Source of the DNA: an uncultured Campylobacteraceae bacterium
Lineage (GTDB): Bacteria; Campylobacterota; Campylobacteria; Campylobacterales; JALSKU01
Direction of reading: 5' to 3'
Length of the DNA stretch: 64,000 bases
NCBI GenBank assembly: GCA_964556545.1
Contig: CAZKWE010000029.1
Coordinates: 2,829 to 66,828 of the forward strand
Shown: positions 48,597-60,062 of the stretch, piece after piece
Numbering within the stretch: position 1 is the stretch's first letter
Layout: each line of letters starts with the position of its first letter
Notes under the pieces: model-generated
Database searches by the model: none
The model's input: only the letters and a program-made list of their open reading frames with translations
What the model was told of the DNA's origin: nothing
Made by a program: the position numbers and the translations under genes

Positions 48597-50390
48597 ATGC
48601 AAAAAAATATTAGAAACTTTTCTATAATTGCCCATATAGATCATGGGAAAAGTACACTTGCCGACAGACTCATAAGTGAATGCGGAGCCATCAGCGACAG
48701 AGAAATGAGTTCTCAGGTTATGGACACAATGGATATTGAAAAAGAAAGAGGTATAACCATCAAGGCCCAATCTGTCAGACTGAACTATGAGGAAAACGGA
48801 CAACACTATATTTTAAATCTCATAGATACACCGGGGCATGTTGACTTCTCTTATGAAGTCAGTAGATCTTTAGGCTCTTGCGAAGGAGCTTTGCTTGTTG
48901 TGGATGCAAGTCAGGGAGTAGAAGCTCAAACAATAGCAAATGTATATGTTGCACTTGAACATGACCTTGAAATTATACCTGTTATCAACAAAATAGATTT
49001 ACCGGCTGCCGATCCTCACAAAGTAAAAGAGGAGATTGAACATACAATAGGTCTTGACTGTTCTGAAGCTTTGGAAGTTAGTGCAAAAAGCGGTATAGGT
49101 ATAAAAGAACTGCTCCATAATATTGTCACAAAAATTCCTCCTCCCGAAGGTGATGAAAAAGCTCCGTTAAAGGCTTTAATATATGACAGTTGGTTTGATA
49201 ACTACCTTGGGGCATTGGCACTCATTAGAGTATTTGACGGGAAAATTACAAAAGGTGAAGAAGTTCTTGTAATGAGTACCGGGAAAAAACATGAAGTTTT
49301 AGGTTTAAAATATCCTCACCCAATAAAGCAAATAGATACAAAATCTATAAAAACAGGTGAAATAGGCATTGTAATATTGGGTCTTAAAAATGTAGGAGAT
49401 GTCAAGGTAGGCGATACCATAACAGATGCTAAAAAACCAACAGATAGCTCTATACAAGGTTTTCAAGAAGCCAAGGCTTTTGTATTTGCGGGGATTTACC
49501 CTATAGAAACTGATAAATTTGAAGATTTAAGAGATGCACTTGATAAATTAAAATTAAATGATGCCAGTATATCCTATGAACCTGAAACTTCGGCGGCTCT
49601 TGGTTTTGGTTTTAGAGTTGGATTTTTGGGGCTTTTACACATGGAGGTTGTAAAAGAGAGATTGGAAAGAGAATTCGGGATAGATCTTATAGCTACTGCT
49701 CCGACTGTTATATACAAGATTTTAAAAACTGACGGTACAACCATAGAGATACAAAATCCAAGCCAATTACCTCCGGTAAATGAGATAGAAAAGATATACG
49801 AACCGTATGTAAAAGCAACAGTAGTTACACCAAATGAATTTTTAGGAAATGTTATAACTCTTTTAAATAACAAAAGAGGCTTACAGGAAAAAATGGATTA
49901 TATAACAACTGACAGAGTTTTATTGGAATATCTGCTACCTATGAATGAAATTGTAATGGATTTTTACGACAAACTAAAATCAAGTACAAAAGGATATGCG
50001 AGTTTCGACTATGAACCTGTCGGATACAAAGAAGGGGATTTGGTCAAGCTTGATGTCAGGGTAGCCGGAGAAATAGTAGATGCACTCTCTATCATAGTTC
50101 CGAAAAACAAAGCTGTAACAAAAGGACGAGAACTTGTAAAAACAATGAAAGAACTTGTACCCAGACAACTTTTTGAAGTTGCCATACAAGCAAGTATCGG
50201 CAATAAAATTATAGCAAGAGAAACAGTTAAGTCCATGGGTAAGAATGTAACTGCCAAATGTTACGGGGGCGATATAACAAGAAAAAGAAAACTGCTTGAA
50301 AAACAAAAAGCGGGAAAAAAACGAATGAAAGCCATAGGTAAAGTACAACTTCCGCAGGAAGCTTTTTTAAGTGTTTTAAAGATTGACTGA
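48597..50390 (+). CDS. lepA: Translation elongation factor 4 (LepA)
   Basis: [35 protein letters not shown]. The C-terminal LepA-specific region ends [16 protein letters not shown]. Confidence 0.95.
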   Translation: MQKNIRNFSIIAHIDHGKSTLADRLISECGAISDREMSSQVMDTMDIEKERGITIKAQSVRLNYEENGQHYILNLIDTPGHVDFSYEVSRSLGSCEGALLVVDASQGVEAQTIANVYVALEHDLEIIPVINKIDLPAADPHKVKEEIEHTIGLDCSEALEVSAKSGIGIKELLHNIVTKIPPPEGDEKAPLKALIYDSWFDNYLGALALIRVFDGKITKGEEVLVMSTGKKHEVLGLKYPHPIKQIDTKSIKTGEIGIVILGLKNVGDVKVGDTITDAKKPTDSSIQGFQEAKAFVFAGIYPIETDKFEDLRDALDKLKLNDASISYEPETSAALGFGFRVGFLGLLHMEVVKERLEREFGIDLIATAPTVIYKILKTDGTTIEIQNPSQLPPVNEIEKIYEPYVKATVVTPNEFLGNVITLLNNKRGLQEKMDYITTDRVLLEYLLPMNEIVMDFYDKLKSSTKGYASFDYEPVGYKEGDLVKLDVRVAGEIVDALSIIVPKNKAVTKGRELVKTMKELVPRQLFEVAIQASIGNKIIARETVKSMGKNVTAKCYGGDITRKRKLLEKQKAGKKRMKAIGKVQLPQEAFLSVLKID

Positions 50391-50475
50391 TTTAAGGACA
50401 TCTCTAAAAATATATACAGTCCATATAAAATGGTGCCTCTAACAAGTTTTTAAGATACCCTTAAAGGAGTCTGAA

Positions 50476-51057
50476 ATGAAAAAATTGGGTATATTGATAA
50501 TTACACTTGGAGTTCTGTTTTTAAGCGGATGCTCCTACAAAAACAGTACCGTTGCCATAGCCCCATACAAGGTTAATTTTTTAAGTTTTTCAAATAAACA
50601 CAAAAGAGTCTATATAAATTCCATCAAAGACGATAGAACAAATAAACATATAGTTGCCGTCATTACAAACAGCAAAGGTGATAATTTAGGATATATCACA
50701 ACCACACAAAATTTTATCAAATGGTATAAAAATGCTCTTCAAAAAGCACTAATGGCCAATGGTTTTTTTATAGCAAACAATAAAAAACAAAGTGATATGA
50801 GCATGGATTTGATACTTAAAGAACTCTTAGTATCATTTAACAAAAATGAGTTTATAAAAGAAAATTTGACAGGCAGAATATCATTAAAACTTATCTTACA
50901 TACAAAAAAAGAAACTATTACCAAAAATATATCCGAAAATACAAGCAAATACAATGGTTTGACAATTAGCAAAGAGGGTTTTAAAGAACAACTTCAAACA
51001 CTTTTAAATGACAGTATAAAACTTATAGTGGAAAATTTAAAACAAACACAATATTAA
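50476..51057 (+). CDS. Putative lipoprotein (YajG-like organisation)
   Basis: Lipobox LFLSGC at residues 14-19. Family assignment is from overall pattern only. Confidence 0.5.
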   Translation: MKKLGILIITLGVLFLSGCSYKNSTVAIAPYKVNFLSFSNKHKRVYINSIKDDRTNKHIVAVITNSKGDNLGYITTTQNFIKWYKNALQKALMANGFFIANNKKQSDMSMDLILKELLVSFNKNEFIKENLTGRISLKLILHTKKETITKNISENTSKYNGLTISKEGFKEQLQTLLNDSIKLIVENLKQTQY

Positions 51058-51629
51058 TGTACTGTTTAATTTGCGGAAAATTATCTTTTTCACATATTTG
51101 CACAAAGTGTAAAAAAGATTTTTTATCTCCAAAAATTACAAAAAGAGTGCTTGAAGACAATTTTGAAGTTTTTAGCTTTTTTAAATATACGGATATTAAA
51201 GACTTAATTCATACAAAACATAAATTTATAGGATATTTTATCTATAATATTTTAGCAAAAGAGAGTTTTTTAAAATTTGCCAAATATTTTCAAATCAACA
51301 ATAAAATATTTTCATTTTCCTGTGATGATACCGTACAAAACGGATATTCTCATAATGCCATACTTAATAAATATTTAAAATCAAACAATATAACACCTGT
51401 TCATTCGGTTTTAAGAGCCACAAGCAATATAAAATACTCTGGCAAATCCCTGCAATTCAGACAAAATAATCCCAGAAATTTTACCTATCATTATAAATCC
51501 GATATCGATGCTATACTTGTTGATGATATCATTACAACAGGAACAACCATCAATGAAGCAAAAACAGTTTTACAAAAACAAAATATTAATGTTCTTTTTG
51601 CTTTAACCCTTGCAGATGCAAGAGATTAG
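51057..51629 (+). CDS. ComF family protein (phosphoribosyltransferase-like)
   Basis: N-terminal Cys pairs CLICG ... CTKCK and C-terminal PRT motif ILVDDIITTGTTINEA. Confidence 0.75.
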   Translation: MYCLICGKLSFSHICTKCKKDFLSPKITKRVLEDNFEVFSFFKYTDIKDLIHTKHKFIGYFIYNILAKESFLKFAKYFQINNKIFSFSCDDTVQNGYSHNAILNKYLKSNNITPVHSVLRATSNIKYSGKSLQFRQNNPRNFTYHYKSDIDAILVDDIITTGTTINEAKTVLQKQNINVLFALTLADARD

Positions 51630-51738
51630 AGTATATATGGACATACCAAGTCTATAAAACTTAAGCATAGGTTATGCAAGTTTTAGATAAAATAAATATA
51701 ATATCCTAAAATCTCAAAAGATACTATAAAGGTTGGCA

Positions 51739-54246
51739 ATGAGTAATATTTTTGAACAAAATCAAGATATTCAAGATATAAATATAGAAGACTCTATAAA
51801 AACAAGCTATTTGGACTACTCTATGAGTGTTATCATAGGAAGAGCTTTACCTGATGCCAGAGATGGCCTTAAGCCCGTACACAGAAGAATACTCTATGCA
51901 ATGAGTGAATTAAACTTGAGTTCGCGTGCAGCTTATAAAAAATCAGCGAGAATTGTCGGTGATGTTATTGGTAAATATCACCCCCATGGAGATAATGCCG
52001 TATATGATGCCTTGGTTAGAATGGCTCAACCTTTTTCTATGAGACTTCCTCTTATAGACGGACAAGGAAACTTTGGCTCCATAGATGGCGATAATGCGGC
52101 CGCAATGAGATATACCGAAGCAAGAATGACTGCACTTAGCGAAGAGCTTTTAAAAGATATAGACAAAGAAACAGTTGATTTTATACCAAACTATGATGAC
52201 AGTATGAGCGAGCCTGATGTACTTCCAAGCAGGATACCAAATCTTTTGATAAACGGCTCAAGCGGAATTGCAGTAGGTATGGCTACAAATATACCTCCTC
52301 ACAATCTCGGAGAAACCATTGATGCACTTTTATACCTGATAGACAATCCTAAATGTGAAATATCGGACTTGACTAATTTTATAAAAGCTCCTGATTTTCC
52401 AACAGGCGGTGTAATATTTGGCAAAAGAGGCATCATTGATGCTTACAATACCGGAAGAGGCCGCATTAAGATAAGAGCCAAAACACATATAGAAAAAAAC
52501 GGCCATAAAGATATAATAGTCATAGATGAATTTCCTTACCAGGTAAACAAATCCAAATTTATAGAACAGGTAGCTTCACTTGTAAAAGAAAAGCAGATAG
52601 AAGGAATTTCTGAAATAAGAGATGAAAGTGACAGAGACGGTATAAGAGTGGTTATCGAACTCAAAAAAGATGCTATGAATGAAATTATATTGAATAATTT
52701 ATACAAATCATCTAACCTTGAAGTAACTTTCGGGGTTATACTTTTAGCAATTGAAAATAAAGAACCAAAAGTCTTTAATCTTTTAGAATTATTGGATCTA
52801 TTTTTAAAACATAGAAAAACCGTACTTATAAGAAGAACTATCTACGAGCTTGAAAAAGCCAAAGCAAGAGCTCACATACTTGAAGGTTTAAAAATAGCAC
52901 TTGACAACATAGATGACATTATAGCTACTATCAAAAAAAGTGAAGATACAAAAACTGCAAAAACAGCTTTGATGGAAAATTTTGCTCTAAGTGAAATTCA
53001 AGCAGGTGCAATACTTGATATGAAGCTTAACAGACTTACAGGACTTGAAAGAGAAAAGATAGAAAATGAGTTAAAAGAGCTTTTAAAAGAGATAGAAAGA
53101 CTCAGTGCAATCTTAAAAAGTGAAGAACTTTTAAATAAACTTATAAAAGACGAGCTCCTAGAAGTAAAAGAAAAGTTCAGTTCGCCGAGACTTACTGAAA
53201 TTGCTGATGATTATGGAGAGATAGATATAGAAGATTTAATACCGAATGAACCTATGGTTGTTACCATTACCCACAGAGGTTACATAAAAAGAGTACCTCT
53301 TAAACTATACGAAAAACAAAAAAGGGGCGGAAAGGGAAAAACTGCTTTGACGACCTATGATGATGATTTTATTGAAAGTTTCTTTGTGTCAAATACTCAC
53401 GATACGCTTATGTTTGTAACCGACAGAGGACAACTGTACTGGTTAAAAGTTTACAGAATTCCGGAAGGAAGCAGAGCGGCAAAAGGAAAAGCTGTAGTAA
53501 ATCTTCTTAATTTGCAACCGGATGAGAAAATTATGGAAATTATACCTACTACCGATTTTGATAAAAATAAATCTTTGGCATTTTTTACAAAAAAAGGTCT
53601 TGTTAAAAAAACAAATTTAAGTGAATTTAGCAATATAAGAAGTGTAGGAGTAAGAGCCATCACACTAAACGAAGATGATTCTTTGGTAACTGCTAAAATA
53701 GTTATGCCTGAAGCCAAATATTTATTTATAATCACCAGAAAAGGAATGTGTATAAAATTTAATGTAAATGATGTACGGGAGATGGGTAGAATTGCCAAAG
53801 GAGTTACCGGTATAAGATTTAAAGAAACAAATGACTTTGTAACAGGAGCTACTATAATCTATGAAGAAGACGAAGAACTTCTTAGTGTCAGCCAAAAAGG
53901 TGTGGGCAAAAGAACAACTGCAAGTGAATACAGACTGCAAAAAAGGGGTGGAAAAGGCGTAATTGCCATGAAGCTTACACCAAAAACAAAAGATTTGGTA
54001 GGTATTGTAATAGTCGATGAAACAAAAGATTTGATGGTATTGACTTCCAAAGGAAAAATGATAAGAGTGGATATGAAAAGTATACGAAAAGCCGGGAGAA
54101 ACACAAGTGGTGTGAAAATAGTAAATGTTGAAGGAGATGATACTGTCATAAGTATTGCAAGATGTCCAAAAGAAGAAAGTGAAATTGAATCTGTCGAGAT
54201 ATCTGAAAACGGTGAAATGGATATTCTAAAGCAGAAAGAGGAATAG
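51739..54246 (+). CDS. gyrA: DNA gyrase subunit A
   Basis: Track ORF from TTG 51733. ATG 51739 (MSNIFEQ) sits behind [35 protein letters not shown]. Six-bladed C-terminal repeats. Confidence 0.95.
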   Translation: MSNIFEQNQDIQDINIEDSIKTSYLDYSMSVIIGRALPDARDGLKPVHRRILYAMSELNLSSRAAYKKSARIVGDVIGKYHPHGDNAVYDALVRMAQPFSMRLPLIDGQGNFGSIDGDNAAAMRYTEARMTALSEELLKDIDKETVDFIPNYDDSMSEPDVLPSRIPNLLINGSSGIAVGMATNIPPHNLGETIDALLYLIDNPKCEISDLTNFIKAPDFPTGGVIFGKRGIIDAYNTGRGRIKIRAKTHIEKNGHKDIIVIDEFPYQVNKSKFIEQVASLVKEKQIEGISEIRDESDRDGIRVVIELKKDAMNEIILNNLYKSSNLEVTFGVILLAIENKEPKVFNLLELLDLFLKHRKTVLIRRTIYELEKAKARAHILEGLKIALDNIDDIIATIKKSEDTKTAKTALMENFALSEIQAGAILDMKLNRLTGLEREKIENELKELLKEIERLSAILKSEELLNKLIKDELLEVKEKFSSPRLTEIADDYGEIDIEDLIPNEPMVVTITHRGYIKRVPLKLYEKQKRGGKGKTALTTYDDDFIESFFVSNTHDTLMFVTDRGQLYWLKVYRIPEGSRAAKGKAVVNLLNLQPDEKIMEIIPTTDFDKNKSLAFFTKKGLVKKTNLSEFSNIRSVGVRAITLNEDDSLVTAKIVMPEAKYLFIITRKGMCIKFNVNDVREMGRIAKGVTGIRFKETNDFVTGATIIYEEDEELLSVSQKGVGKRTTASEYRLQKRGGKGVIAMKLTPKTKDLVGIVIVDETKDLMVLTSKGKMIRVDMKSIRKAGRNTSGVKIVNVEGDDTVISIARCPKEESEIESVEISENGEMDILKQKEE

Positions 54247-54289
54247 TATTTGCTTTGTAATAAAAAAATTAATTCATAAAGGTGAAAAT

Positions 54290-54811
54290 ATGAAAATTAA
54301 AGGTATTTTGATTGCAAGTATGGTTTTACTGGGCATATTTTTTGCAGGATGCACAATTTCCACTAATTCTCCGACTCCAAAAAAGAAGCCTGTTGTAAAT
54401 AAACAAAAGGTAATGCAGACAAAACAAGTTGATCCGGTTGATAGAAATATAGAAGTAAAGAAAAAAGAGTTATCTTTTTTAAGATCCACTCCTATAAAAG
54501 AGTTTGCAGTAGTAGGAGAAGGCATAGCTCCTCAAAACACTATCTCTCCGGCTCAGGCATTGGCTTTGGCAAAAAGAGCGGCTGTTGCTGATGCATACAG
54601 ACAATTAGGAGAAAAACTTTACGGGGTTAAAGTTAATGCCAAAGAAACCATAAAAGATGCGGCTCTTAAAAATTCAAAAATTATAACTCAAGTTGATGGT
54701 CTTATAAAAGATGCTTATATTACAGAAAGTTCATACAAAGATGGTCTTTACAGAATAAAAATGGAACTTAAAATAGATAGTAAAACTTGGAAAAGAATCT
54801 TTTCTTACTAA
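54290..54811 (+). CDS. lpp20: LPP20-family lipoprotein
   Basis: Lipobox FFAGC. SPAQALALAKRAAVADAYRQLGEKLYGVKV ... DGLYRIKMELK matches the LPP20 pattern known from Helicobacter. Confidence 0.75.
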   Translation: MKIKGILIASMVLLGIFFAGCTISTNSPTPKKKPVVNKQKVMQTKQVDPVDRNIEVKKKELSFLRSTPIKEFAVVGEGIAPQNTISPAQALALAKRAAVADAYRQLGEKLYGVKVNAKETIKDAALKNSKIITQVDGLIKDAYITESSYKDGLYRIKMELKIDSKTWKRIFSY

Positions 54812-55176
54812 TATTTTTAGTAATTACGGCAAATGCTGAAACGGAGTTTATATTATCGTATAAACTCCGTACACAAAATTCGTATGTCACAAACGAGCAG
54901 ATATTTATTTCCAAAGCAATGCTTTTATCAAACAAATCTACCAAAACGATATGTATTCTTCCAAAAAAAACCAATAAAAATATAACACCCGTAAAATATC
55001 TCCAAAAGCACAAATACAAACTTCTTGAATGTTTTAAGCAAAAAAATATCCATATCAACTCAAACTCTCTTAATGAATTGAATCATTCATACTCTCAAAT
55101 ATCCATTAAAACGGAACCTATAAGATTTACAGTTAAATTTAATAATGGTTTTGGTATTATAAGTACTTTTAAATAA
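54787..55176 (+). CDS. Hypothetical small secreted protein
   Basis: TTG start overlapping the lpp20 end. Signal peptide LFLLIFLVITANA/ETE. I do not recognise the family. Confidence 0.45.
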   Translation: MEKNLFLLIFLVITANAETEFILSYKLRTQNSYVTNEQIFISKAMLLSNKSTKTICILPKKTNKNITPVKYLQKHKYKLLECFKQKNIHINSNSLNELNHSYSQISIKTEPIRFTVKFNNGFGIISTFK

Positions 55177-55194
55177 TACTCAAAAGAGGCAAAA

Positions 55195-56343
55195 GTGAAG
55201 ATAGCTGTTGTTGAAGATGATATAAATATGAGAAAATCACTTGAATTATCTTTGGAAGAGTATAGTGAATTTCAGATAATATCTTTTAAAAATGCAAAAG
55301 AGGCTCTTAAAAAAATAGATGACAGCTTTGAACTTATTGTAACGGACATCAATATGCCCGGAATTGACGGTATAGAATTTATAAAAAGGCTAAAGGGTGA
55401 TTACGAAGTAATAGTTATTACCGGAAATGCAACACTTAATCGCGCTATAGAAGCTTTGCGTCTTGGTGTAAAAGATTTTTTGACAAAACCGTTTGAAATA
55501 GATACTCTTGTAAAAGCGATAAAAAGAGGACAAAAAGCAAGAAAGCAGAAAAAAAAGATACAAAAAACTCTTTTTGAAAATGATAAAGATGCCATGTTTT
55601 TAGGAAAATCAAAGGAGTTGGAAAAATCACTTCATATCGCAAAAAAAGCCGCACTCAGTGATGCCAGTATACTCCTGCTTGGAGAAAGCGGAGTTGGAAA
55701 AGAATTATTTGCAAAGTATATCCATCAAAATTCAAAAAGAGCAAAAATGCCTTTTATTGCTATAAATATGGCTGCAATTCCTGAAAATCTTCTTGAAAGT
55801 GAACTTTTCGGATATGAAAAAGGAGCTTTTACAGATGCAACAACTTCAAAAAAGGGTTTTTTTGAACTCTCAGATAAAGGTACTATATTTTTAGATGAGT
55901 TGGCTGAAATGCCCGTGTCACTACAACCTAAGATATTAAGAGTTTTGCAAGAAAAAGAATTAACAAGAGTTGGAGGTTCAAAAACCATAAAGATTGACAT
56001 AAGAGTAATTTCTGCCACCAATGCCGATATAAAAACCAAGATAAAAGATAAAAGTTTCAGAGAAGATTTATACTACAGACTAAATACCATACCTATACAA
56101 ATTCCTCCTTTGCGCGAAAGAAAGGATGAAATTGCTCAAATAGCAAACAAAACATTAATAAATATTTGTCATAAATACGGATTTAATGATAAAATAATAA
56201 GCAATGAAGCCATAGATGAACTTTTAAGATACAGATGGCCGGGAAATATCAGAGAACTAATATCGGTAATCGAAAGAGCTGCAATATTGAGCGAAAGTGA
56301 TATTATAACAAAAGATGATCTTTTTTTAGAGAGTCGAAAATAA
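55195..56343 (+). CDS. flgR: Sigma-54-dependent response regulator lacking a DNA-binding domain (FlgR type)
   Basis: GTG start after AAGAGG. Receiver domain (IVTDINMPGIDG), AAA+ Walker A GESGVGKE, sigma-54 contact loop GAFTDA, Walker B IFLDELAEM. The protein ends about 20 aa after NIRELISVIERAAIL with no Fis-type HTH. Confidence 0.8.
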   Translation: MKIAVVEDDINMRKSLELSLEEYSEFQIISFKNAKEALKKIDDSFELIVTDINMPGIDGIEFIKRLKGDYEVIVITGNATLNRAIEALRLGVKDFLTKPFEIDTLVKAIKRGQKARKQKKKIQKTLFENDKDAMFLGKSKELEKSLHIAKKAALSDASILLLGESGVGKELFAKYIHQNSKRAKMPFIAINMAAIPENLLESELFGYEKGAFTDATTSKKGFFELSDKGTIFLDELAEMPVSLQPKILRVLQEKELTRVGGSKTIKIDIRVISATNADIKTKIKDKSFREDLYYRLNTIPIQIPPLRERKDEIAQIANKTLINICHKYGFNDKIISNEAIDELLRYRWPGNIRELISVIERAAILSESDIITKDDLFLESRK

Positions 56344-56366
56344 AAACTAAATAACCAGGAGAAAAA

Positions 56367-57401
56367 ATGAGAAAATTTAATGTAGCGGTTGTAGGTGCGA
56401 CCGGTGCTGTCGGAGAAGAGATATTTACAATACTTGAAGAGAAAAAATTTCCTGTTGCCAACCTTGTACCCTTAGCAAGCAAAAACAGTGTAGGAAAAGA
56501 GATAAAACTTCTTGGAAAGACTTACAAAGTAAAAGAATTGAGTGAAGATATATTTGATAAGGAGGAAATTGATATAGCATTTTTTAGTGCCGGAGGAAGT
56601 ATTTCAGCCAAATTTTGCCCGATTGCAGCTGAAAGCGGGGCAGTTGTTATAGACAATTCAAGTCATTTTAGAATGGACGAAGAAATACCTCTTGTGGTAC
56701 CTGAGGTAAATCCTGAAGATATAAGTGCATGGAGACTCAAGGGTATTATAGCAAATCCGAACTGCTCTACTATACAAATGGTACTTGCACTTAAACCTCT
56801 TGATGATTTGTATGGCATAAAAAGAGTAGATGTCAGCACATATCAAGCAACAAGCGGGGCAGGGAAAAAAGGGATGGAAGAGTTGGTAAGACAAATGCAG
56901 GATTTCTTTGCTTTTAGGTTAGATGACAGCAAAAAAGAGGCTTTTATGCATCAAATAGCTCTAAATGTTATTCCTCACATAGATACTCCTCAACCAAACG
57001 GCTTCACACGAGAAGAGATGAAAATGGTTAATGAATCACAAAAAATACTCCATAAAAATTTTGAGCTGGCTGCTACATGTGTCAGGGTTCCGGTACTTAG
57101 AAGTCACAGCGAATCCATAACCGTAACTTTTCAAGATGGAGTAGATATAGACATTGACAGAGTGAAAGGTGCACTCAATAACTTTGAAAATGTAGAAGTT
57201 ATGGATAATCTTGAAGAAGGAATTTATCCTATGCCTATAGTTGCAACAGATACGGATATTACTTATATAGGAAGAATTAGAAAAGATTTATACGAAAACA
57301 ATATCCTGCACTTTTTCAATGTTGCGGATCAGCTAAGAGTAGGAGCTGCAACAAATGCGGTCAGAATTGCACTAAAATGGATAGAATTAGAAAGTGAATA
57401 A
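56367..57401 (+). CDS. asd: Aspartate-semialdehyde dehydrogenase
   Basis: VAVVGATGAVG, active-site NPNCSTI, SGAGKKG. Confidence 0.95.
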   Translation: MRKFNVAVVGATGAVGEEIFTILEEKKFPVANLVPLASKNSVGKEIKLLGKTYKVKELSEDIFDKEEIDIAFFSAGGSISAKFCPIAAESGAVVIDNSSHFRMDEEIPLVVPEVNPEDISAWRLKGIIANPNCSTIQMVLALKPLDDLYGIKRVDVSTYQATSGAGKKGMEELVRQMQDFFAFRLDDSKKEAFMHQIALNVIPHIDTPQPNGFTREEMKMVNESQKILHKNFELAATCVRVPVLRSHSESITVTFQDGVDIDIDRVKGALNNFENVEVMDNLEEGIYPMPIVATDTDITYIGRIRKDLYENNILHFFNVADQLRVGAATNAVRIALKWIELESE

Positions 57402-57402
57402 T

Positions 57403-57936
57403 ATGATAGAAAGAATTTTTGAGGGTCTTATATGGAGAAGCAGGTATATTATCATACTTTCTGTAGTATTCGGGCTTCTTGGAGCTATAGTTTTATTTGT
57501 TATAGCAAGTTTGGATATATACAATATATCAGCTTTTACCTTAAAGGCACTTATTTCCCATGCCCACCCTGAAAAACTTCATGAAAATCTTGTTTCAACT
57601 ATTATAGGAGCAGTGGACTTGTATCTTATAGCTGTTGTTTTATTTATATTTTCCTTTGGATTATATGAACTTTTTATCAGCGAAATTGATGAGGCAAGCA
57701 ATGATGAAAAAACAAGTAGAATTTTAGAGATAAAAAGTTTGGATCAGCTTAAGGACAAGATAGCAAAAGTTATTGTAATGGTATTGGTTGTAAGTTTTTT
57801 TCAAAGAGTTTTACATACTGACTACAATGGTGCAAAAGAGATGCTTTACTTTGCTTTATCCATACTTGCTTTAGCTTTGGGATTATACTTTTTGCATAAA
57901 AATGCACCAATTAGCACTAAAAAGGAAAAATTATGA
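57403..57936 (+). CDS. YqhA family (UPF0114) membrane protein
   Basis: Track ORF from GTG 57394. ATG 57403 ([15 protein letters not shown]) lies just after the asd stop. Typical UPF0114 N-terminus with four hydrophobic segments. Confidence 0.7.
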   Translation: MIERIFEGLIWRSRYIIILSVVFGLLGAIVLFVIASLDIYNISAFTLKALISHAHPEKLHENLVSTIIGAVDLYLIAVVLFIFSFGLYELFISEIDEASNDEKTSRILEIKSLDQLKDKIAKVIVMVLVVSFFQRVLHTDYNGAKEMLYFALSILALALGLYFLHKNAPISTKKEKL

Positions 57937-58958
57937 TATTTACTGATGCATGTAAAGGAAAAAAAACATCATATACACCCGTATGGATGATGAGACAGGC
58001 AGGAAGATACTTACCGGAATATATGAAGGTAAGAGAAAAAGCAGGTAATTTTTTAAATCTATGTCATTCACCAAAACTTGCTGCAGAAGTTACTTTGCAA
58101 CCCGTAGATATTGTGGGAGTAGATGCTGCTATAATTTTTAGTGATATTTTAGTCGTTCCGAACGAGATGGGAATGAAACTTGATTTTGTAAAAGGAGAAG
58201 GGCCTGTTTTTGATAAACCCATAAAAACTGAAAATGATATAGATATGCTAATCGGTGGCAAAGAAGCTGCCGATAAATTAACTTATGTGTATGAAACCAT
58301 CAAAATAGTCAGAGAAAAATTGCAACATGACAAAGCTCTTATAGGTTTTACGGGAGCACCTTGGACATTGGCAACCTATATGATAGAAGGAAGAGGAACA
58401 AAAACTTACAATATAGTAAAAAAACTTATCTATACCAATCCAAAACTTATGCACCACCTTCTTCAAAAAGTATCTGAAGTTGTTAAATACTATCTTGAAA
58501 ATCAAATAAAATCCGGAGTAAATGTAGTACAAATTTTTGACAGTTGGGCTGCCGCACTTGAAAAAGATATATATATGGAATTTAGCTGGCACTATATAAA
58601 AGATATCTGCTCTTACATTAAATCAAAATATCCTGATATTCCTATCATTGTTTTTCCAAAAGGCATAGGAACATATCTTGATGATATAGATGGAGAGTTT
58701 GATGTCTTTGGTGTAGATTGGTCAACTCCTATGCAATTGGCAAAAGAAAAACTTGGCAACAAATATGTATTACAAGGCAATATGGAACCATGCAGACTTT
58801 ATTCAAAAGAGGCTACAAAAGAGTCTGTAACCGCTATTGCAAACACAATGAAAGAAGGAAGACATATATTCAATCTCGGACATGGAATACTGCCTGATGT
58901 ACCTGTAGAGAATGCAAAATATTTTGTTTCACTCTGCAAAAAGATAACAAAAAGATGA
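57933..58958 (+). CDS. hemE: Uroporphyrinogen decarboxylase
   Basis: [26 protein letters not shown] motifs. Confidence 0.95.
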   Translation: MIFTDACKGKKTSYTPVWMMRQAGRYLPEYMKVREKAGNFLNLCHSPKLAAEVTLQPVDIVGVDAAIIFSDILVVPNEMGMKLDFVKGEGPVFDKPIKTENDIDMLIGGKEAADKLTYVYETIKIVREKLQHDKALIGFTGAPWTLATYMIEGRGTKTYNIVKKLIYTNPKLMHHLLQKVSEVVKYYLENQIKSGVNVVQIFDSWAAALEKDIYMEFSWHYIKDICSYIKSKYPDIPIIVFPKGIGTYLDDIDGEFDVFGVDWSTPMQLAKEKLGNKYVLQGNMEPCRLYSKEATKESVTAIANTMKEGRHIFNLGHGILPDVPVENAKYFVSLCKKITKR

Positions 58959-59866
58959 GATATGTTTTCGGACCGGTAAATTCCAGAAGGTTTGGCATAT
59001 CTTTAGGCATTGATTTAAGTCCGGATGAAAAATCATGCAATTTTGACTGTGTTTACTGTGAGTTAAAAGGAGCCAAACCTGTATCTGTTATCAAAAATCC
59101 TCCGAATGTAAATGAAATCATAGCTGAAATAAAAAAATCATTATCCTTGCATAACAATATAGATGTAATTACCATTACCTCAAATGGCGAACCTACACTG
59201 TATGAAAATCTTGACAAACTGGTAGATGAATTAAACAAGATAAAAAAGGATAAAAAACTTCTTATTCTTTCCAATAGCTCCAGGATATGCAATATGTCAG
59301 TTCAAAATACCCTTCAAAAAATTGACATGGTAAAACTTTCTCTTGATTGTGCTACTCAAAAATGTTTCAAAAAGATAGACAGAGCGTTAAAGGGTATCAT
59401 GATTCAAGATTTAACAAATTGCATAAAAAACTTTTCAAAAAAATTCAATAACAATCTAATTATCGAAATATTAGTAGTAAAAGGTATAAATGACAAGACT
59501 GATGAGTTTAAAAAATTAAATGAGGTACTAAACGATATCAAACCGGCAAGAGTTGATATAGGAACCATAGATAGACCTCCCGCTTATCAAGTCGAAGCAG
59601 TTGATCAAAAAGATATGCTAAAATTATCCAAAATCATAACCGATATACCTGTTTCTTTAATATACAAAAACAATCCTGATAAAAAAGAAGATTTTAGCAA
59701 AGAAGAGATTTTAAAACTTATCGCACACAGACCGCAAAGCCAATATGATATAGACAATTTTTTTAGTGACAATGCAAAAAAGATTGTAGAAAATTTATTG
59801 AAAAACAATATAATAGTAAAAAAAGATATTGCAGGAGTAGTGTTTTACAGACTCAATGAGAGATAA
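58955..59866 (+). CDS. Radical SAM domain protein (function unknown)
   Basis: CNFDCVYC CxxxCxxC cluster near the N-terminus. ATGA overlap with hemE. Confidence 0.75.
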   Translation: MRYVFGPVNSRRFGISLGIDLSPDEKSCNFDCVYCELKGAKPVSVIKNPPNVNEIIAEIKKSLSLHNNIDVITITSNGEPTLYENLDKLVDELNKIKKDKKLLILSNSSRICNMSVQNTLQKIDMVKLSLDCATQKCFKKIDRALKGIMIQDLTNCIKNFSKKFNNNLIIEILVVKGINDKTDEFKKLNEVLNDIKPARVDIGTIDRPPAYQVEAVDQKDMLKLSKIITDIPVSLIYKNNPDKKEDFSKEEILKLIAHRPQSQYDIDNFFSDNAKKIVENLLKNNIIVKKDIAGVVFYRLNER

Positions 59867-60062
59867 GTTTTTATTTGAATTATTCCCGTAACAACCATCA
59901 CAGTTCATAGCTTTACCGGGTTTAAGCATAAATAAGACTCGACAACAAAGCTAAAAGTTACAATAAAATCTACAAAATCCGAAAGAAAGGCAAATAAGAC
60001 ACAAACTTTATCTTATGCCTTCTTTGCCTTCTACGGACTGTATGGGTTTTTAGAAATTATCT

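Noticed and set aside
59867-60062. The 196-nt convergent gap between the radical SAM gene and the TRAP permease as a possible small gene or ncRNA.
   Set aside because: It holds only weak, imperfect hairpins (CCCGTAA...TTACCGGG; GGCAAATAAGA...TCTTATGCC) and no ORF longer than about 12 codons with an SD. There is nothing I can support beyond probable terminators.
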